In this document: one piece after another, positions 10,858 through 25,468 of the stretch
How the letters are laid out: each line of letters opens with the position of its first letter
How positions within the stretch are numbered: the stretch's first letter is position 1
DNA from: Lobosporangium transversale
Lineage: Eukaryota
Length of the DNA: 64,000 nucleotides
Assembly (NCBI RefSeq): GCF_002105155.1
Contig: NW_019028995.1
Location: 186,001 to 250,000 of the forward strand
Direction of reading: 5' to 3'
Program-made: the position numbers and the translations under genes
Notes under the pieces: model-generated
Database searches by the model: none
Told to the model about the DNA's origin: nothing
The model's input: only the letters and a program-made list of their open reading frames with translations

Positions 10858-12588
10858 TAATATGGACTCCTACCATTCTGTGACCGAAAACCAAGCTCTA
10901 TAACTCTGGTAAAATGAAACTCAACCTTTATTTTAAGTTTTCAATGTCAAGGGGTAAACAGTATCCACCATACTCTAAAAATGACATCATGGCTCTTATC
11001 AATACAGATTTTGACACATAATTTCAATCCTCTGATGGTGATGAGTCGCTTTAAAAATGGGAGTATTTTTACAAGTGATGCTCGTGAAAAGTGTATATGG
11101 ATCATGCCATTCAAATATGAACGCAGGACACTTCAAGTTGATGGATACCAGAAGGAATGATTGAAGGTTTATATGACCTGTTGCACAAGCAAAAAGCCCT
11201 ATCTTACTTGTTCAAAAAGGAGCACGCTTACAATTTTACAAATGGCACTAAGCGTTGACCTAATAAAACTTAAAAGCCTTATTGAAAATTAGGGGAAATT
11301 CTCTTCAATGCTCCGAGTATTTTTTTTTCTTTAATGGATGTGAATAACGCTTGTTCACTTGTGTCGATGATCTATAGCATAACATATCCCTGTCAGCGAG
11401 ACAAAGGAATAAAGACATTTGCGAAGAAGTACTTTTTTTTGGACATCAACAGTTTTGTCACCACTATGTCCGCGAACTGAGCTCCTCTGTGCCTTTCCCC
11501 CTACCCATTATTTAGAGGGAGATGACACTAGCCAATGATGGCAATAACATTTGCGGTTACAATCAGACATCTGCTCTCATGGAGTCATTGGCTACAATGG
11601 TCCGGGTTCCGGGATACCTATCCTCTGTGGACTCAACTTATATCAACGTTGGTATATATATATTATACTATTCTCTGCACCCTTTTTTTTCACTCTTTTC
11701 TTTTGAACGAATCTCATTCCTATCCATCATTCACCACAACGAACAGAATCAAATGACTCATGCTTCAGTTCATTGTATGAGCCTGCAATAAATCCCCTGA
11801 ACATAATACGATTTTCTCTCTCTCTCTCTTTTTATCTTTTATTCTTTTTATAATTGAATCCGGAATTTGATTTTCTTCCACCGTGTCTGCATAGCGACAT
11901 TTCACTGGTACAAAAACCTCTCCTACATATTTGTCGAGGCTTTCCAACACGGTGCCTGGTTGCATGACATCGAGACATAAAAATTTACTCTTAATCTTCT
12001 CTATTCGTCAATAAATAATTGTTTCAAATCATGAAATTCAAACGTCAAAAAGGTATGTGACATTTTCAGGAACGGCTGGGTGTCGTGCAAAGATCGTCCA
12101 TTTCCACAACAAACATTGGGGAAAAAAATGCACTAGCACGACAGTGTTTAGCCAGACGACCATGCGTGAGGTGACCCAGATCAAAAAAGACAGAAAAGAC
12201 AAAAGATATAGACAGTGCTGAAAAGCAACATGATCAACCACCACGACCACAGTCGTTTCTATTATTGTAAAATGAACAGGTTCACATTTCTCTTTCACTT
12301 TCCCCCACGCTTGCATGCGGCTCATAATTCTTTGACCAGATTCCAATTGGCATGGGCGCTGATTGTCTGACGAAAAAGGATTTTTAAGCTCTGTGCTCGA
12401 ACAAGTACCCGCCTAGTCTCTGTCCTAGAACACACTAGTGCGATAAAGACACCACAAGGCACCGAAGAAAAGGCCATTGGAAGGAGCTAACAGAATGCTG
12501 ACTAGCCTACGCTTTTAAATCCTTTGTCTCTTCTCCTACTTCCTCAATTTCTCTTTCTTCTTTTCTCGTCTGTTCACTAGATATACCA

Positions 12589-15500
12589 ATGATAGCCAGC
12601 TATCCTCCACCTGTCGCTCCTAATGACCCTTTAAACAGTGGAGCCCGAGCTCCTCTCCCACCTGTCTCTGAACATGATACCCTGCAGACAGAACCAAAGG
12701 TCTCAGGGGCATACACACGGCCCGCCCTCGCCCAAGGCGGGATGGTACCACCACTCTCTTTTTCAAACACACTCAACTCTCATAGCACTCCGTCTTCTTT
12801 TGGTCCATCCAATGCACCATCTTTGCCTGGGTCCACTAAAATCGATATGGAGCGGATAATGAAGCAAGATGAGGCTGCCATGAATGACTTTGTGCCTCCC
12901 AGACAGGCCATGAACAGCGATGAGTCTGACTTTGACTGGGATGAAGACATCAATATTGATGAAAGCGGCCAAGTTATTAAAAAATCAAAAGAGAAGAAGC
13001 AGTCCAATTGGAGAAGGCTGTCGCCATTCTTAAGAATGGTGATCATGATATTGATCGGATGCCCTATTCTTGCTCTGCCAGCCATTTTGGTCACCTTTAT
13101 GATGTCAGATGATCCTCCACTGCCAGGCCCGGATGACGCAACCATGCTGCATCCTGCTGTTCCCAAAACGATCATCACATTGATCTTTGTGTGGCTTTCG
13201 TTCATGTGGGGCATCGTCTTTTTAACAAATTGGGGTATCGATATTGTTCCAGTAGTCGTTGTCCGTTTCTCTTCATTTATTAGTAGTCTCCGTCTAGAAA
13301 ACCTCAGGTCCCGACTGCTGGTGAGTTGGATTAAAAATAGTAGTTGAATATTATCGTAGCACGTGTGACCCTGCAAAACCGATATCATGAACCAAAACCT
13401 TCGTTCTTAATAACCTAATAACATTCATTCCTCTTTTTCATGCTTACTCACTGAATCAAAGATCTTTGTTGCCACCAAAAAGTACTTCAAGTTTCTGTTG
13501 GCGTCATGCTGGGCCATTGGATCCTTCGCATTTTTGTCCAAATCACCATACTCACGCGCAGACGAAAAACTTAACCCCATCTTCATTGAGGTTCTGGGTT
13601 CTATTGTCGCAGGTTGTGCATTGGTATTCGCCGAGAAGATCCTGTTGCACATGATCTCAACCAATTTCCATCAGATTGCATATGCAGATCGTATTGCAGA
13701 GAACAAGTACGCGCTCTCTGTTTTGGATCGATTGAGCACCTCCAAGAAGAATATCAAGAAGGTCCGCCCCACCCACAGTCGTCATAACACGGCTGATAAT
13801 ATTGGAGATTACAACTTTCCTAGCGGATACCGGTCTGGATACCCCTCCCGATCCAACAGCATGGAGGCAGCTCCAGGAAGCGGTAACGGCAACACATTCA
13901 GTAGCAACAACACCGGATTCCATACAAGTAGAAACAAAAGCAATAGCAACAGCAATCATACGACTGATAGTAATGAAGCAGAGATTCTCTCAGATACTCC
14001 TAATGAAATGTTGCAAAAGATGACGGAGGCAATGATCCTGAGTAGCACACCTATGACAAGTCCTACGGAAACGAATGGCAGTAGTCGCAACTCGATCTTA
14101 ATTTCGAATAATCGCTACAGTCATCAACCTCGCAGCCACCGTAATAAGCCCAACGAGAATATTTTCCGCGGGATTAATCGACGCCTCCATGGCATCGCGC
14201 TCGCCAACAAATCCTCGCCCGCCAAGGATATCGGGTCAACCGCAAATGCTAAACGGCTGGCCAAGACATTATTTTACAACCTTCAGAATAACACTGATGA
14301 ATTGATAGTCCAAGATTTCTATCCTTACTTTGATGATGAAGAAGAAGCCAAGCGCGCGTTTATGATCTTTGACAAGGATAGTAACGGCGACATTTCCAAG
14401 AGCGAGATGAAGGAGAAGATATTTTATGTTTACAAGGAACGAAAGGATTTGCATACGTCTCTTCGTGATTTATCACAGGCAGTGGGCAAGTTAGATATCA
14501 TCTTCTTGACCATTGTTGCTGTGATTTGGCTACTGATTGTCCTTTCTATCTTTGGCAAGGATATTGTTAAGAACATGTTGTCGATCGGTTCATTCTTGGT
14601 TGCACTCAGCTTTGTGTTCGGAAACTCGCTCAAGATTTTGTTTGAGAACATTGTCTTTTTATTCATCACGGTAAGAATTATCATGTGTTAATTTGCGCCG
14701 AATCATCAGTGCGGGAAACGTCTCTGATCTGCTCTCGTGTTTGTTTTTCAACTCTCATACAATATAGCATCCTTACGATTCCGGCGATCTGGTCTGCATT
14801 GATGGATATGACATGTATGTCCGTGAGGTCGGACTTAATAGCACAACATTTGTAACCTGGGACGGCAAGCGAATGTACTTCCCTAACAACATTATTAGCC
14901 AAAAGCCCATTCATAATGTTCGTCGTTCACCAAACATGACCGATAAAATTGGTAAGTACTTCTCATGCATACTCTTATTGAAGTTTCTTCTTTCCATTTT
15001 TTTTTTCTAAAATAATTTGCTCATTCTGACTTTTGAATCTTTTTCTTATCCTCTATAGTCCTCAATATCGATTGCTACACACCTCAGTCCAAGATCCTTG
15101 AGTTGCGTGCAAGAATGCGTGATTACTTGATCAGAGAGAGTAAGGACTTTTTGCCGGATCTCGAGATCCAGATTCAGGAAATGGATGCTAAGCTCAAGAT
15201 CAGTATGTGTATCGAGCACAAGGGTAACTGGCAAGACTCTGGTCGCCGTTGGGCACGCCGTACAGCTGTATGTCTTAAGTTATTTTTTTTTATCATTTCA
15301 AGATTATTTTTGGCTTACTTTTTTATTTTTTGACTAATAACATCATACAAATGATCTTTATCTCCCACTTTTAGTTCAATTACGCGCTGAAGGAAGCTGT
15401 CGAGGCAATTGGTATCAAGTACTATGCAGTGCCCCAGCGCGTCGAAGTTTACCAGGGTGAAGAGCTAGAGCGATCAAACGCGGGTGCAGAGGACCAAATC

Positions 15501-15608
15501 ACTCTCGGAACAAACTCGCCTATAAGACAGTGTTCATCTGAGCAAGTTGCTCGTTTGTACCGCCGCCCAACATTTAATAGGCCTGCTGAAGGAGGGGGAG
15601 GCGAGTAA
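12589..15608 (+). CDS. MscS-like mechanosensitive ion channel (fungal Msy1/Msy2-like) with EF-hand
   Basis: Exons ~12589-13320, 13462-14670, 14768-14951, 15059-15267, 15375-15608. Several TM helices, EF-hand DKDSNGDISKSE, MscS core FENIVFLFITHPYDSGDLVCID...NVRRS. Confidence 0.88.
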
Positions 15609-15905
15609 AAAGAATCTAGTGATAATAGAACATTGGATTCCAATTTCTCTCTCCATTTCATTGTTGTACATAGCATAGAAACTGCCTCTGATAATTTTAC
15701 TGAAAGCGAATAACATTTACTAATATTTACCAGTGATTCCTTTTTGACAATAAAAAGCAATTGTTAGATGGCGAACTTTCGTAAATAGATCATCGATTAT
15801 TATGAGTCTTAGTCTAGTCTAAAAAATATCATCAGTCTATATGAATCTATGAATATTCCGGGTTGTCTCTAGTTGAACATTGGTTTCATCACCTTTTGAT
15901 TGGGT

Positions 15906-17834
15906 TTAGAAAGGGTGTTCCTTCCTCATTTCTCTAGAAATAATCCACCGCACTGCGTCTTCAACATCATCTACAACTGCTGTAGCAGGGTGGATATGAT
16001 GGTTTTCTTCACCTTCTGGCCTGAATACACCTGTCCTGACTAGTACAGATTGCCATCCATATCCATTTGCGCCCGCAATATCTGCATATGGGTTGTCTCC
16101 GATAGCTATCCGTGTATTTAAAAAATATATAGAGTAGTAAGTGTGTATACATTTTTAAAAAATCATCTAAAGACTATGTTCATGTTATTTTATGTGTTTT
16201 TTACCATAAATCGTTCTTGGATAGGGCTTTCCAGTGGACATATGAACCAGCGTGAGCTGGTTGAGGACAGACTCTGCATACTGATATGTCGAAGGCATGG
16301 GTTTACCAAATAATGTGTACTCCAATTTGTGTCCTGTCATATCCTTTCAATGAAAAAATAAAATAAAAAAGTACTTTAGACATTTCGATATTTCATTAAT
16401 ATTTCGAATAACTTGTCAAGTTCATATGTAACATCGTATACCTCATATATCCTTTCTAGGCATGTTCTAAAAGTACCCTGAGCAAATCTTGGATTAGGGA
16501 ATTCGTTGCTCCAGACCAGATCTGAGTTAGAAAAAAAGAGTGGAACACTTTGCTTGGTTGTGTGAAGTTCGGCCAATGTCTTGTGGGAAGTCAAGCACCC
16601 GTCTTGGAAACGTAATTAAGTAAATGGCAATAACAAAAAACGAACAAAAACAAAAAGTTTAGTCATTTAGCATCACAAAGACAGAGTAAGCTTAGGAAGC
16701 TACTCATATTTTTAAAAAGAAAAGGGTGTATGCATGCCTTTTGAGACCAGAGCGTCCAACATAACTTGTAGATCTCTCCCCCAATCTACCGAATCATGAA
16801 AAACCATAATTGCTTCTACAGGCCGATGTACATTTTGAAGGTATTTCTAAAGGGGTAATAGGCGAAGACCTTAAAGTTAAGCAAATCATCGAGAAAAGGA
16901 AAAAAAAAAAAAAAAGAGCTCGATTCCGCCTCACTGGTCAAAATTTTGTTACATTCATTACCTCTGGTAAAGGTACGGATCGTGCCTCAATTGCGGAACT
17001 AGGAGACACAGATGGATAGACAGTATGAACTTCCTCGGGAGTCACAATGTGTTTAAATCCATAGTACTCTGCAACATGTCGACAATCCGATCCGTTGCCC
17101 CCCACGACTAGTATATTCTTGCTCTCGAATTGTGATACAAGTGCACGCATTGGTGAGTGAGAAAGGATCAGTTGCTTGGGTGAGATCTTGATTTATCGCC
17201 ATAAAATTTGGGCAAAGTAAAGTTAGTCACAGTGTTATATTTAGTTTTTGTTTTCACGTCATCTAGTAAAAATAATTCTACTTACGTGGACACCAATCTT
17301 CTTGCTAAGCTGTTCGGCCTTGTCGTGTTCCTTAAGCCCTCCGCCGTTAGTCAGAAAGATATGGGGCACGTTATTGCTAAAAGCTCGGTCCATTATTTTC
17401 ATGTCAATTCATGTTTATAAAGAATCGATTGTGTGATGTCCTCTGATCACATTTCTTTTTATCCAATGAATGGAGACTTACAGTTTCAACAACTCTAAGG
17501 CACGGTGAGTCTGTGGTAGAACTTGTTTGCCCTATTGTAGTATTAAGCGGATAACATAGTGTTGAATGCCGTTGAAATGTCAAGTTGTACAACAGTTAGG
17601 GGTTTCTACATTGGTGATACACACCCACATTTCTTCTATAAAAGGTATTAAAAAAATTGGTATAAATGTACTCACCTTGATGAGAACACCATCAATGTCT
17701 AAGACGACATTATAATGCGCCTGAGGAACAACACTAGGGTTGACATTAGCCTGTGTGTGTAAGAGGCGAGTGCATTCTAATCTTGTCCTGAATGCGTTCG
17801 AGGTGAATGCACGAATGGGAATCCGTGAAATCAT
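15906..17834 (-). CDS. HAD-superfamily subfamily IIA hydrolase (HDHD5/CECR5-like), multi-exon, probable mitochondrial presequence
   Basis: Motifs LDIDGVL, FLTNGGG, SNSDLVW, FGKP and IGDNPYADIAGAN...LVRTGVF spread over GT-AG exons; Arg-rich N-terminus. Confidence 0.85.
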
Positions 17835-18079
17835 ATTGCACTACTAAAGGAAGTTAAAAAGTTCGAGCCTTTGTAGAAAGAATGAGAGTGCAATTAAGAA
17901 AGGAGAATGTAATACAGCCGTCATTAATGGTGACCACATGGTGACTGTCTGTCCCTGAACATCAATTATATTTTAATAATTTAGTTTATTCTCGGAATGT
18001 CGATATTATACAAGAGAGTGCCAATCTGCAAATGTAAAAAACAAAAAAGGGCAATGGTGTGTTGTGCTATTTGGCGTGT

Positions 18080-19868
18080 TTACAACTCGTCATGCTCAAT
18101 ATCCTCAGTCTCGGGCTCCGCAGGAGCGGACTTCTGCTCCTCAACCTTGACGTCGACCTTGTGGACAGCATTATTAGTAATAAAGCTGACAATGTCCTCC
18201 TCGCTGCGATTACCGTCGTAGTCAATGTAGTCAGTGCTTCCAGCCTTACGGAACTTGATGGTGGGGAAACCTTGAATCTGGAAAGGAGTATCTACGGGAA
18301 GGTCGTTAGCAGTGGCATCAAACTTGGCAATCACGATGTTGGAGCCCTCGTAATGCTTGCCAATCTTCTCGTAAATGGGGGCCAAGTTCTTGCAGTGACC
18401 GCACCAAGGGGCGTAGAACTCAATCAAGACATCCTTGTCAAGATCTTCAACAATGTCCTTGTAATTGTTGGCAACGACAACTTTGACAGGCTCGTCATTC
18501 TTCTCTGGGATGGGCTCGGACTTGATGGAGGGCTTGACAGAACCATCCAGAACACCCTGAGCCAAGGTCTTGATATTCTCAACTGAAAGTTCACTTTCCT
18601 GATCCAAGGGAAACTTGGCGCCACTATCGACGTTCTGGATACCAAAAGCGGGCCAGGACTCCTTGAGATTCAAGTTGACAGCGTGGGCACCAAACTTGGT
18701 GGCATCAATGTAAACAAAGTTCATCTTGCCCTTCAACTCCTTGGCAACAGCCTCGAGATCTGCGCTGTACTTGGTGCGCTGCTCCTCGTTGGAGAAGAAG
18801 TAATAGGCAAGAGGAAGGCCAGATTCCATGTAACTGGCGTAGTTGTCGGGTCCAATCTCGTCCATGATAGGAACACTGTAAGTCTTGATGAATTCTGTCA
18901 GAGACTCTTCAGTGAAGTCACCTTCCAAAAGGTTCTTGCCTTCGTCAAACTTCTTGTAGAGCACAATGCCTTCACCCTTAATATCGGGATTTTCCTCGAT
19001 GACACCGAAGATGAAATCATCGCTGTAGGCTTTAGCAACCTTCTCCAAAGTGGCTCGCTTCTTAGAGTCCTTGGGGAGAACACCGACGATAACAACCTTA
19101 TCAGAAGTAGAAAACTCAGCAAGCTTGTCGGTAGTGATCTCAGAGACTGCAGGAAGCGATTTCTTCTTCATGAAAGACACGAGGCCATCAGCCTTGCGAG
19201 GTCCACCGTAGCTGGTAGGCTGTCCATCCCTAATAGGATTAAATAGATTAAAGCAAGAAACACACCAAGGATGTGCGTACGAACTTGTTAGTATTGTTGA
19301 GATCTAAAAAACAAACGCTGCCGCTTCAAATAGGCTCCTGTCATCATAAAATTGTCAAAAGTTGATGGTTTACCTGAACACCATAATAGTAGGGTAACCT
19401 TGGACACCGTGATCCTTGCAGACGTCAGTCTCAACAGTGCAGTCAACCTTGGCAACTGGGATGCCAACCTCCTTGAGCTGAGTGGCAGCGATCTCGTACT
19501 CAGGAGCTAAGTGGAGTGAAGCGAAAAATAAAAGCAGGTGGTGAGGATGCAATGAATAAATGTTGAAATGCGTCAGCTTTCTTCTGTTTCCACGAGCGTA
19601 GCTCGCTTCTAAAACTGACGCGGGAAGTAAAATGTAAAATACAATGGGAAAAGGGCAAAGGCTAACACGTACCGAGAGCCTTGCAGTGCCCACACCAAGG
19701 GGCATAGAACTCGACGAGGATGAGCTTGTTTTCTTTGATGGTGTCAGAGAAGTTCTTAGCACCAAGGTCGAGGACATCAGACGCCTTGGGAGTCTCTTCG
19801 GCACGAACACCAGCCATCATGGAGGTGGCAGCGAGACCGACAAGAGCAACAGCAGCAGAAAGACGCAT
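18080..19868 (-). CDS. PDI1: Protein disulfide-isomerase
   Basis: Signal peptide [10 protein letters not shown], two [10 protein letters not shown] thioredoxin sites, C-terminal HDEL; introns present. Confidence 0.95.
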
Positions 19869-21567
19869 AGTTGATATGATAAGGGTATGAATAGTCGAGA
19901 AGTGAAAGAGGAAGGAAGGAATGGATGAGGAACTGAATGAGAGAAGAGATGAGAAGAAAAAAAAAAAAGCCAAATACTAGGCCTTTTTAACAAGCGCGCT
20001 GAGTGGGAGAAGCCCTTATTCGTGATCCATTTCGTTTATCCCTTTTTTGATTTGGGAATATGGAACAACGCTTAGGTTGGAACAGCCAGTGTACGTAAAG
20101 TCTATTTTAGCCGCAGTTTTCATTTGAAGGGAGCAGCACAAGGAGCATATTCTCACACGTACAAAAACTTCTACATCCAGCTAATAAGCCTCTTTCGCGT
20201 TGTCCGCCAATGATTGGCTACTGGGACAGAATGCTCGGGCTTGCAAGGACCAAACAAGGAGGCAACCTCTGTGCAACCCAGTTCGTGCGTTGTCGCAGAA
20301 CGACTGGGCCACTGTCCACTAGCCGATTTACCAAAGATTCCTGTGAGAGCCCTCACCTGCGCATAATTGGATTAGGTAGATGTAGATGCGAGAAGCGGTT
20401 CTTGTTATGATTATTGAAGCCGGGTATTTTCAAGCTATTGCAAATTTGCACTCGATGAGTCTGTGCTTGCTTTATAGGCTAGCCGTGGGGTCCTGCACGT
20501 GACGATAGAATCCAAGAATACCATCCATGTTCGTAAGATTGCACTAATAGAATCCTTTCTGGTAACCTATTCATGCAGCTCTCCACTGTATCCTTAGGCT
20601 GGTTACCCCCCAATCCTGACGCCGCTAAAAAAATGCTCCACAGACAGGTGTATCAAGGCTGTGCAACTTTGCTGATATTTTTTTCTGTGGTACAAAAAGT
20701 GGTGTTTGAATACCTTTTAAGTTCATATAATTTTATTCTCAAAAGACATTTGAATGGCTCTTATGGAATTACCAAAACGTGGTATCAGAAGATAGGCATT
20801 TGTGGCTGGCACTAGAACATGGGTATTTATGGGATGGGTTTGGATCTCGGCTACTCGGTCCCAACCATTTGTAGTGTAAGGGTTTTGTTAGGTTGCAAGG
20901 GGTATCCTTCAATCAAACTATAAAGCGTTTGCTTGAAAATGATATATCAAAGCATACGGACGAATGAATCTGCAACTATCATCGTCCCCAAGCTTACGCT
21001 GTTATAGAGCGAGCTATGGATCATTACTAGGACGAGTTGTGCTATACTGGTGACAAAATGACAACACTAATAGAGGCAACAATAAAATCGTGATAATTGC
21101 CTACTTTTCAGGCTAGCAAACCAGCCATCCAATGAAAAAAAAAAAAAAAAAAAAAAAAAAAAGACTTTTTTTTTTTTGCATCCCACTCACGCACGTTTTA
21201 ATCGTTGAATATGACCTTCCTCTTTGACACGATTTGAAGCAATTTTCTTTAAACACGCAGAACATCACTTGCGAGAGCTATACACTGGAGAGAGGAAGCG
21301 GACACCTGGAAGGCTTTTTGCTTGCCTATGGGACGACTAAATGGTAAAGAGATTTGCAATCAAAACAAAGGGATGATTAGAGGCTTGATCTCTTTTTCCC
21401 TCTCCATTCCATCCTTTTTAGTCCTTGATATTAAAATGCAATTGAAGCCATCCATTGTATTGTCTATTGACATCAATCTTAGATTCTAGCAAAAAGTGAA
21501 CTAGCTGTGTATAATATTAAATCTTGACACAAGGGTGAGCAACAAGGGACCATACGTATTTTTTATA

Positions 21568-21701
21568 GGCTCGTCACCAGTCTGAGGTGGAAGCTCAGGT
21601 GCGAACGAACGCGCTGCAAGCGAAATTGCCTATTGAGGCAATTTGTGGCCGCCTTGCAGACACTTCTCACGCAAGCTTCCCTCTCTGACTGGTGACGAGC
21701 C
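21568..21701. mobile_element. MITE-like foldback element, 134 bp, TA flanks
   Basis: TA|GGCTCGTCACCAGTC...GACTGGTGACGAGCC|TA, a 15-bp perfect TIR extending imperfectly to ~28 bp; internal hairpin AAATTGCCT/AGGCAATTT. Confidence 0.7.
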
Positions 21702-24700
21702 TAGATTTTTTACAGGTTTGGCGATTAGAAGTTGTTACGGGGCATTAATAAAGCAAATCAAAAAATAAAAAATTCATGCCGGAGGACAAGTGGACAAGGA
21801 TATTTTGTACAATGAATGCCAGCACAAAAATGTATAGTTTTGCTTTTTTTTTTTTTTTTCAATGATGGAGGAGGAACCCTGCTGTGTCCAGGATTGCGCT
21901 CTCAGGCCTGGCCAGGGAAAATAGCTGTGCTTCTGTCATCATGTATGCGGTGTAGCATTGGATAAAGGCAGTGAAATATGTAGGATTTATTTGGCGACTT
22001 TGGTACAAACATGTATGTTTTACATTGATAGGCTTAACCTTGGAAGTACTACCCTTCTTACCGCAGGGCAACACTCTGCTCTTACATATATAAGTATATC
22101 AAAAAAAAAAAAAAAAAAAAAAACGAGCTGATTGAATATGGCAGAATCATTACCAAGCAATGTATACTGTAAGATTTCCACGGCTAGTAAAGCTATCTAA
22201 ACTCACTGTTGAATTCAATGACAACAATAAATAAACACTGATAGCCGCGCTCTTTCTTTGGGCCAAGGTATACAAAGAAAAAAATCGTGGCGACAAACGT
22301 GAAAGGAGATTGGGGTTGTGTGTATAAGATGTCAAGGAATATCTACGTGTATTGTTCTAGGAAATGATGCGTAGAAGCTGTCTTGTTGTCCAATCTAAAT
22401 GAATAGCGCATGTGCTCTATTCCCAAGGTCACAGGAGACGATTGTAGTGCAGTACGCTCAGATGGAACAGCAGCATAGTCCATGTGTATGCTTTTATGAA
22501 ATTTGACATTCCGGCTCCCACTATCAATGGATTAACGCTAAAGGATTCAAGTAAAAACTGAACCGAAATTGACGGATTCTTGCGCCTCATGCACAAAGAG
22601 AGGAGCATACAAGGCATACAAGAAAAAATGTATTTTTTCTTCCCCCGCTCCAGAATATTGTAGCACACAAGCCATGCAAATGTTACGATGTAGTTCAGGC
22701 GCTAGCGTAGGCATGACTTTGTACGACCAAGGAAACAATATCAACGTTATCGGCAATAAATAAAAAGATGATCGGTACCTGAATAAAAGGTTGTTGTTTG
22801 CACTAACTATGCATGACATGGTGAGTGGGGCCAAGGAGTTAAACACGGATGATATAATTCCACCGATGAAAAGAGATATCGGCGACGCAAAAATGCGGGG
22901 AGGTGGCGCTTACGCCATCGAATGCGTGCAGGAGATAAAATTCCAGCAAGACATTGGCCACCAGTGAGATGTTTATTATTTATTATAAAGAGTCTGTATA
23001 GCCAAGGGTTACATCTCAATTCAAATATGTGCGCTTGTATGAATGGGTTTATTGGTAGTGGCCTTCAGCATCCTGCATATAGCTTACAGTATCCCATAAA
23101 CATAGAACCGATAAGGTATGAAGGCTAGTGCGCAAAGTGAAGATTAATAGCGAGCATGAACAACTTGGTGGCAGCTTACAAAAAATATATCCGAGCCCTG
23201 TATCCAAAGGAAATGTCCTTACTGAATAGGACATGAAAGTAAGGGATACCAAAGCGTATGCTTGTTGATCTATCGACGCGATATCTCGGAATAATTGCTT
23301 ATTTGCCAATTGCTCAACTCCGAATACTGCTTACTCTGGTAAACAAATCCCAATCATCTTTCTGAACAATACATGAAATCGAACTCTCGAAATGACCCAT
23401 TTCTTCGAAGCTGCAGGTCGAGGATGGCTCATACAAAGAAAGTAAACAAAATTGGCCGATGGTCATCGCTAGGCAGACAATCAGTCCGATAAACGATTGT
23501 CTTTACACATGGTCCTACATCGCATCATTCACATTCCTTCTCGATTTGAAACCTACCAGGTGTTTTTGCATTCGATTCGATCCTTTTTATTTAGCATAGT
23601 TTGTTTCCCTTACTAAGAGCACTGTAACAGGGCGTGGATAGGTTCTATATTATATCACTATCATTCTTGATGACGTTGCTTCCCAAGTTGCGAGGAAAAA
23701 AAAATAAAGTTGACATACGAAGAATAAGAACGAGCAGAGAATTTGGATCTGTATAAATTATGGCCCTTCTACATCCGCTGATGACAAATAAATAGCCGAA
23801 GTGGTAGTGGAACACATATACCGGTTTTTTTGGGGTCAAAAAGGTTGTTGGGTTGGACATTTGTCTGCAAATTGTCTTGTTCCATGTTATTAGTACCTAA
23901 AAAGGAACCAACAAAACAGCAAACAAAAAGCTCGTCTGGCAAATAACGACATCTATTCGGCTGAGCAAATCAAAAAAGGGCCAACAAAGGCATGCAGGTG
24001 ACAACACATGCACATTTCAAATAAACAAACAAACGCGCTCTGACACCTTTTCTCCCTGTTTCTTCACACAATTTATATGCAAACGGCATTCTCTGTGGGG
24101 TCAGATGACATCAATAGTTTCTTACCATACTCTGGAATGGCAATAACAAATAAGGGAGCAACCATATTGATAAATTCACACAAACACACGCATACATCAT
24201 GAGACATATATTCATCTCAAAAGGGTACATTTCTTCTTTCCTTCCAATTGAAGGTCCAACAGACGAGTCCATGTTGTTTTAAAAGATCATATTCTAGTCA
24301 TCATTCTTCCGTGAGGAGTTGAAAGGAAAAAGCGCCTTGATCTTTGATGGCAAAATTGATCTCAAAGACAAATGCTTACAAACAGAGGGCAAAATGTACG
24401 GCCCATTATCCATGTCCATTGTCCATTGTCCATGCTTTTCCAAACTAGAGAGAAAACTTGATCCATCTGTACCGTTTTTGGCATACGTGTACATTCGTAC
24501 AACCATGGTGTCCCCCACATTTTTTTGAGGCAATGCTAGCATTGTAAAAAAAGAGCACCAAAGAAAATGCTTGAGTTTGCTTGTAAAGTAGGAAACAGAT
24601 CGCACTAGTTTCAATACATAGGCTGCATTAACGTCTTCCTCCTTACATTGATTCAGTGCTGTATGCGACATCAAACTCACAGTACACATGTAATGATGAA

Positions 24701-24887
24701 TACGCTGCATTAGCCGTTGCACATAGATAGGGATAGCACATGCTCGCGCACATTCTGATTTTATTTTTGTTCTGTTTCTTGCTTCTTGGTTCCTGAACTC
24801 ACTTTTGTTGTTATGACCTCCTTCCATCCCCTAGCCCCTTTGTCTTTATTTTTATTCGAACCGATCGACTCCTTCGTTTACTTTTTT

Positions 24888-24919
<32 letters not shown>

Positions 24920-25468
24920 GCCAATGACTCCATTCATTTCGGAAGACGAGTCAGAAGGGCATTCCCTTGCAGGATCTAGAGTCATCTCGGCAAGAATAAA
25001 CACACATTCCCACATTCACACAAACTGTATATACATATTCAACCCTCTTTGTGTATTTCATTTGATATGATATTTATTCACATCAACATCTTTCAAGATC
25101 AACACAATCTATTGAGAATAATAGATATGATTCAATGGCTCTTGTGGAAAGGATATGCATTATGTATTACATACACATGCAAAAACAGAAACCGGATTGA
25201 ACGACTCCGAATATTTGACTCGGTATGTCAGATGCAATGCTCAGGCCCATTACAATGCCTTCGTTCACTTTTTTCTCCGCCCTTTTGCCTAGCGTTATTT
25301 GTATAAAAGGACATCAAATTTTCTCGGTGCCCCTGCCAGTCTTCTCATTCACTGCACAAGCGGCCTACTCTCTCATCTCCCCGTTTTTGTCTTTTTGCTC
25401 GATAGCAGCCTCAAGCCTTATCCTACCTCAATAGTCTTTAATCAAGCGAGAAGAAAAGCAACAACATT

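Noticed and set aside
18059..19246. Long plus-strand ORFs (175 and 187 aa)
   Set aside because: Antisense shadows of the codon-biased PDI gene.
20780..20920. Gypsy integrase GPY/F-like peptide KPLHYKWLGP on the minus strand
   Set aside because: Single short motif with no supporting flanking homology or LTRs.
22400..23600. Possible decayed gene in the PDI-esterase intergenic region
   Set aside because: Coding-like composition, but no recognisable domain or consistent exon chain.
24294..24827. 177-aa ORF or hAT transposase relic
   Set aside because: Only a vague resemblance (VRSVSYF; LKKMWGTPW in another frame); no catalytic motifs or TIRs found.
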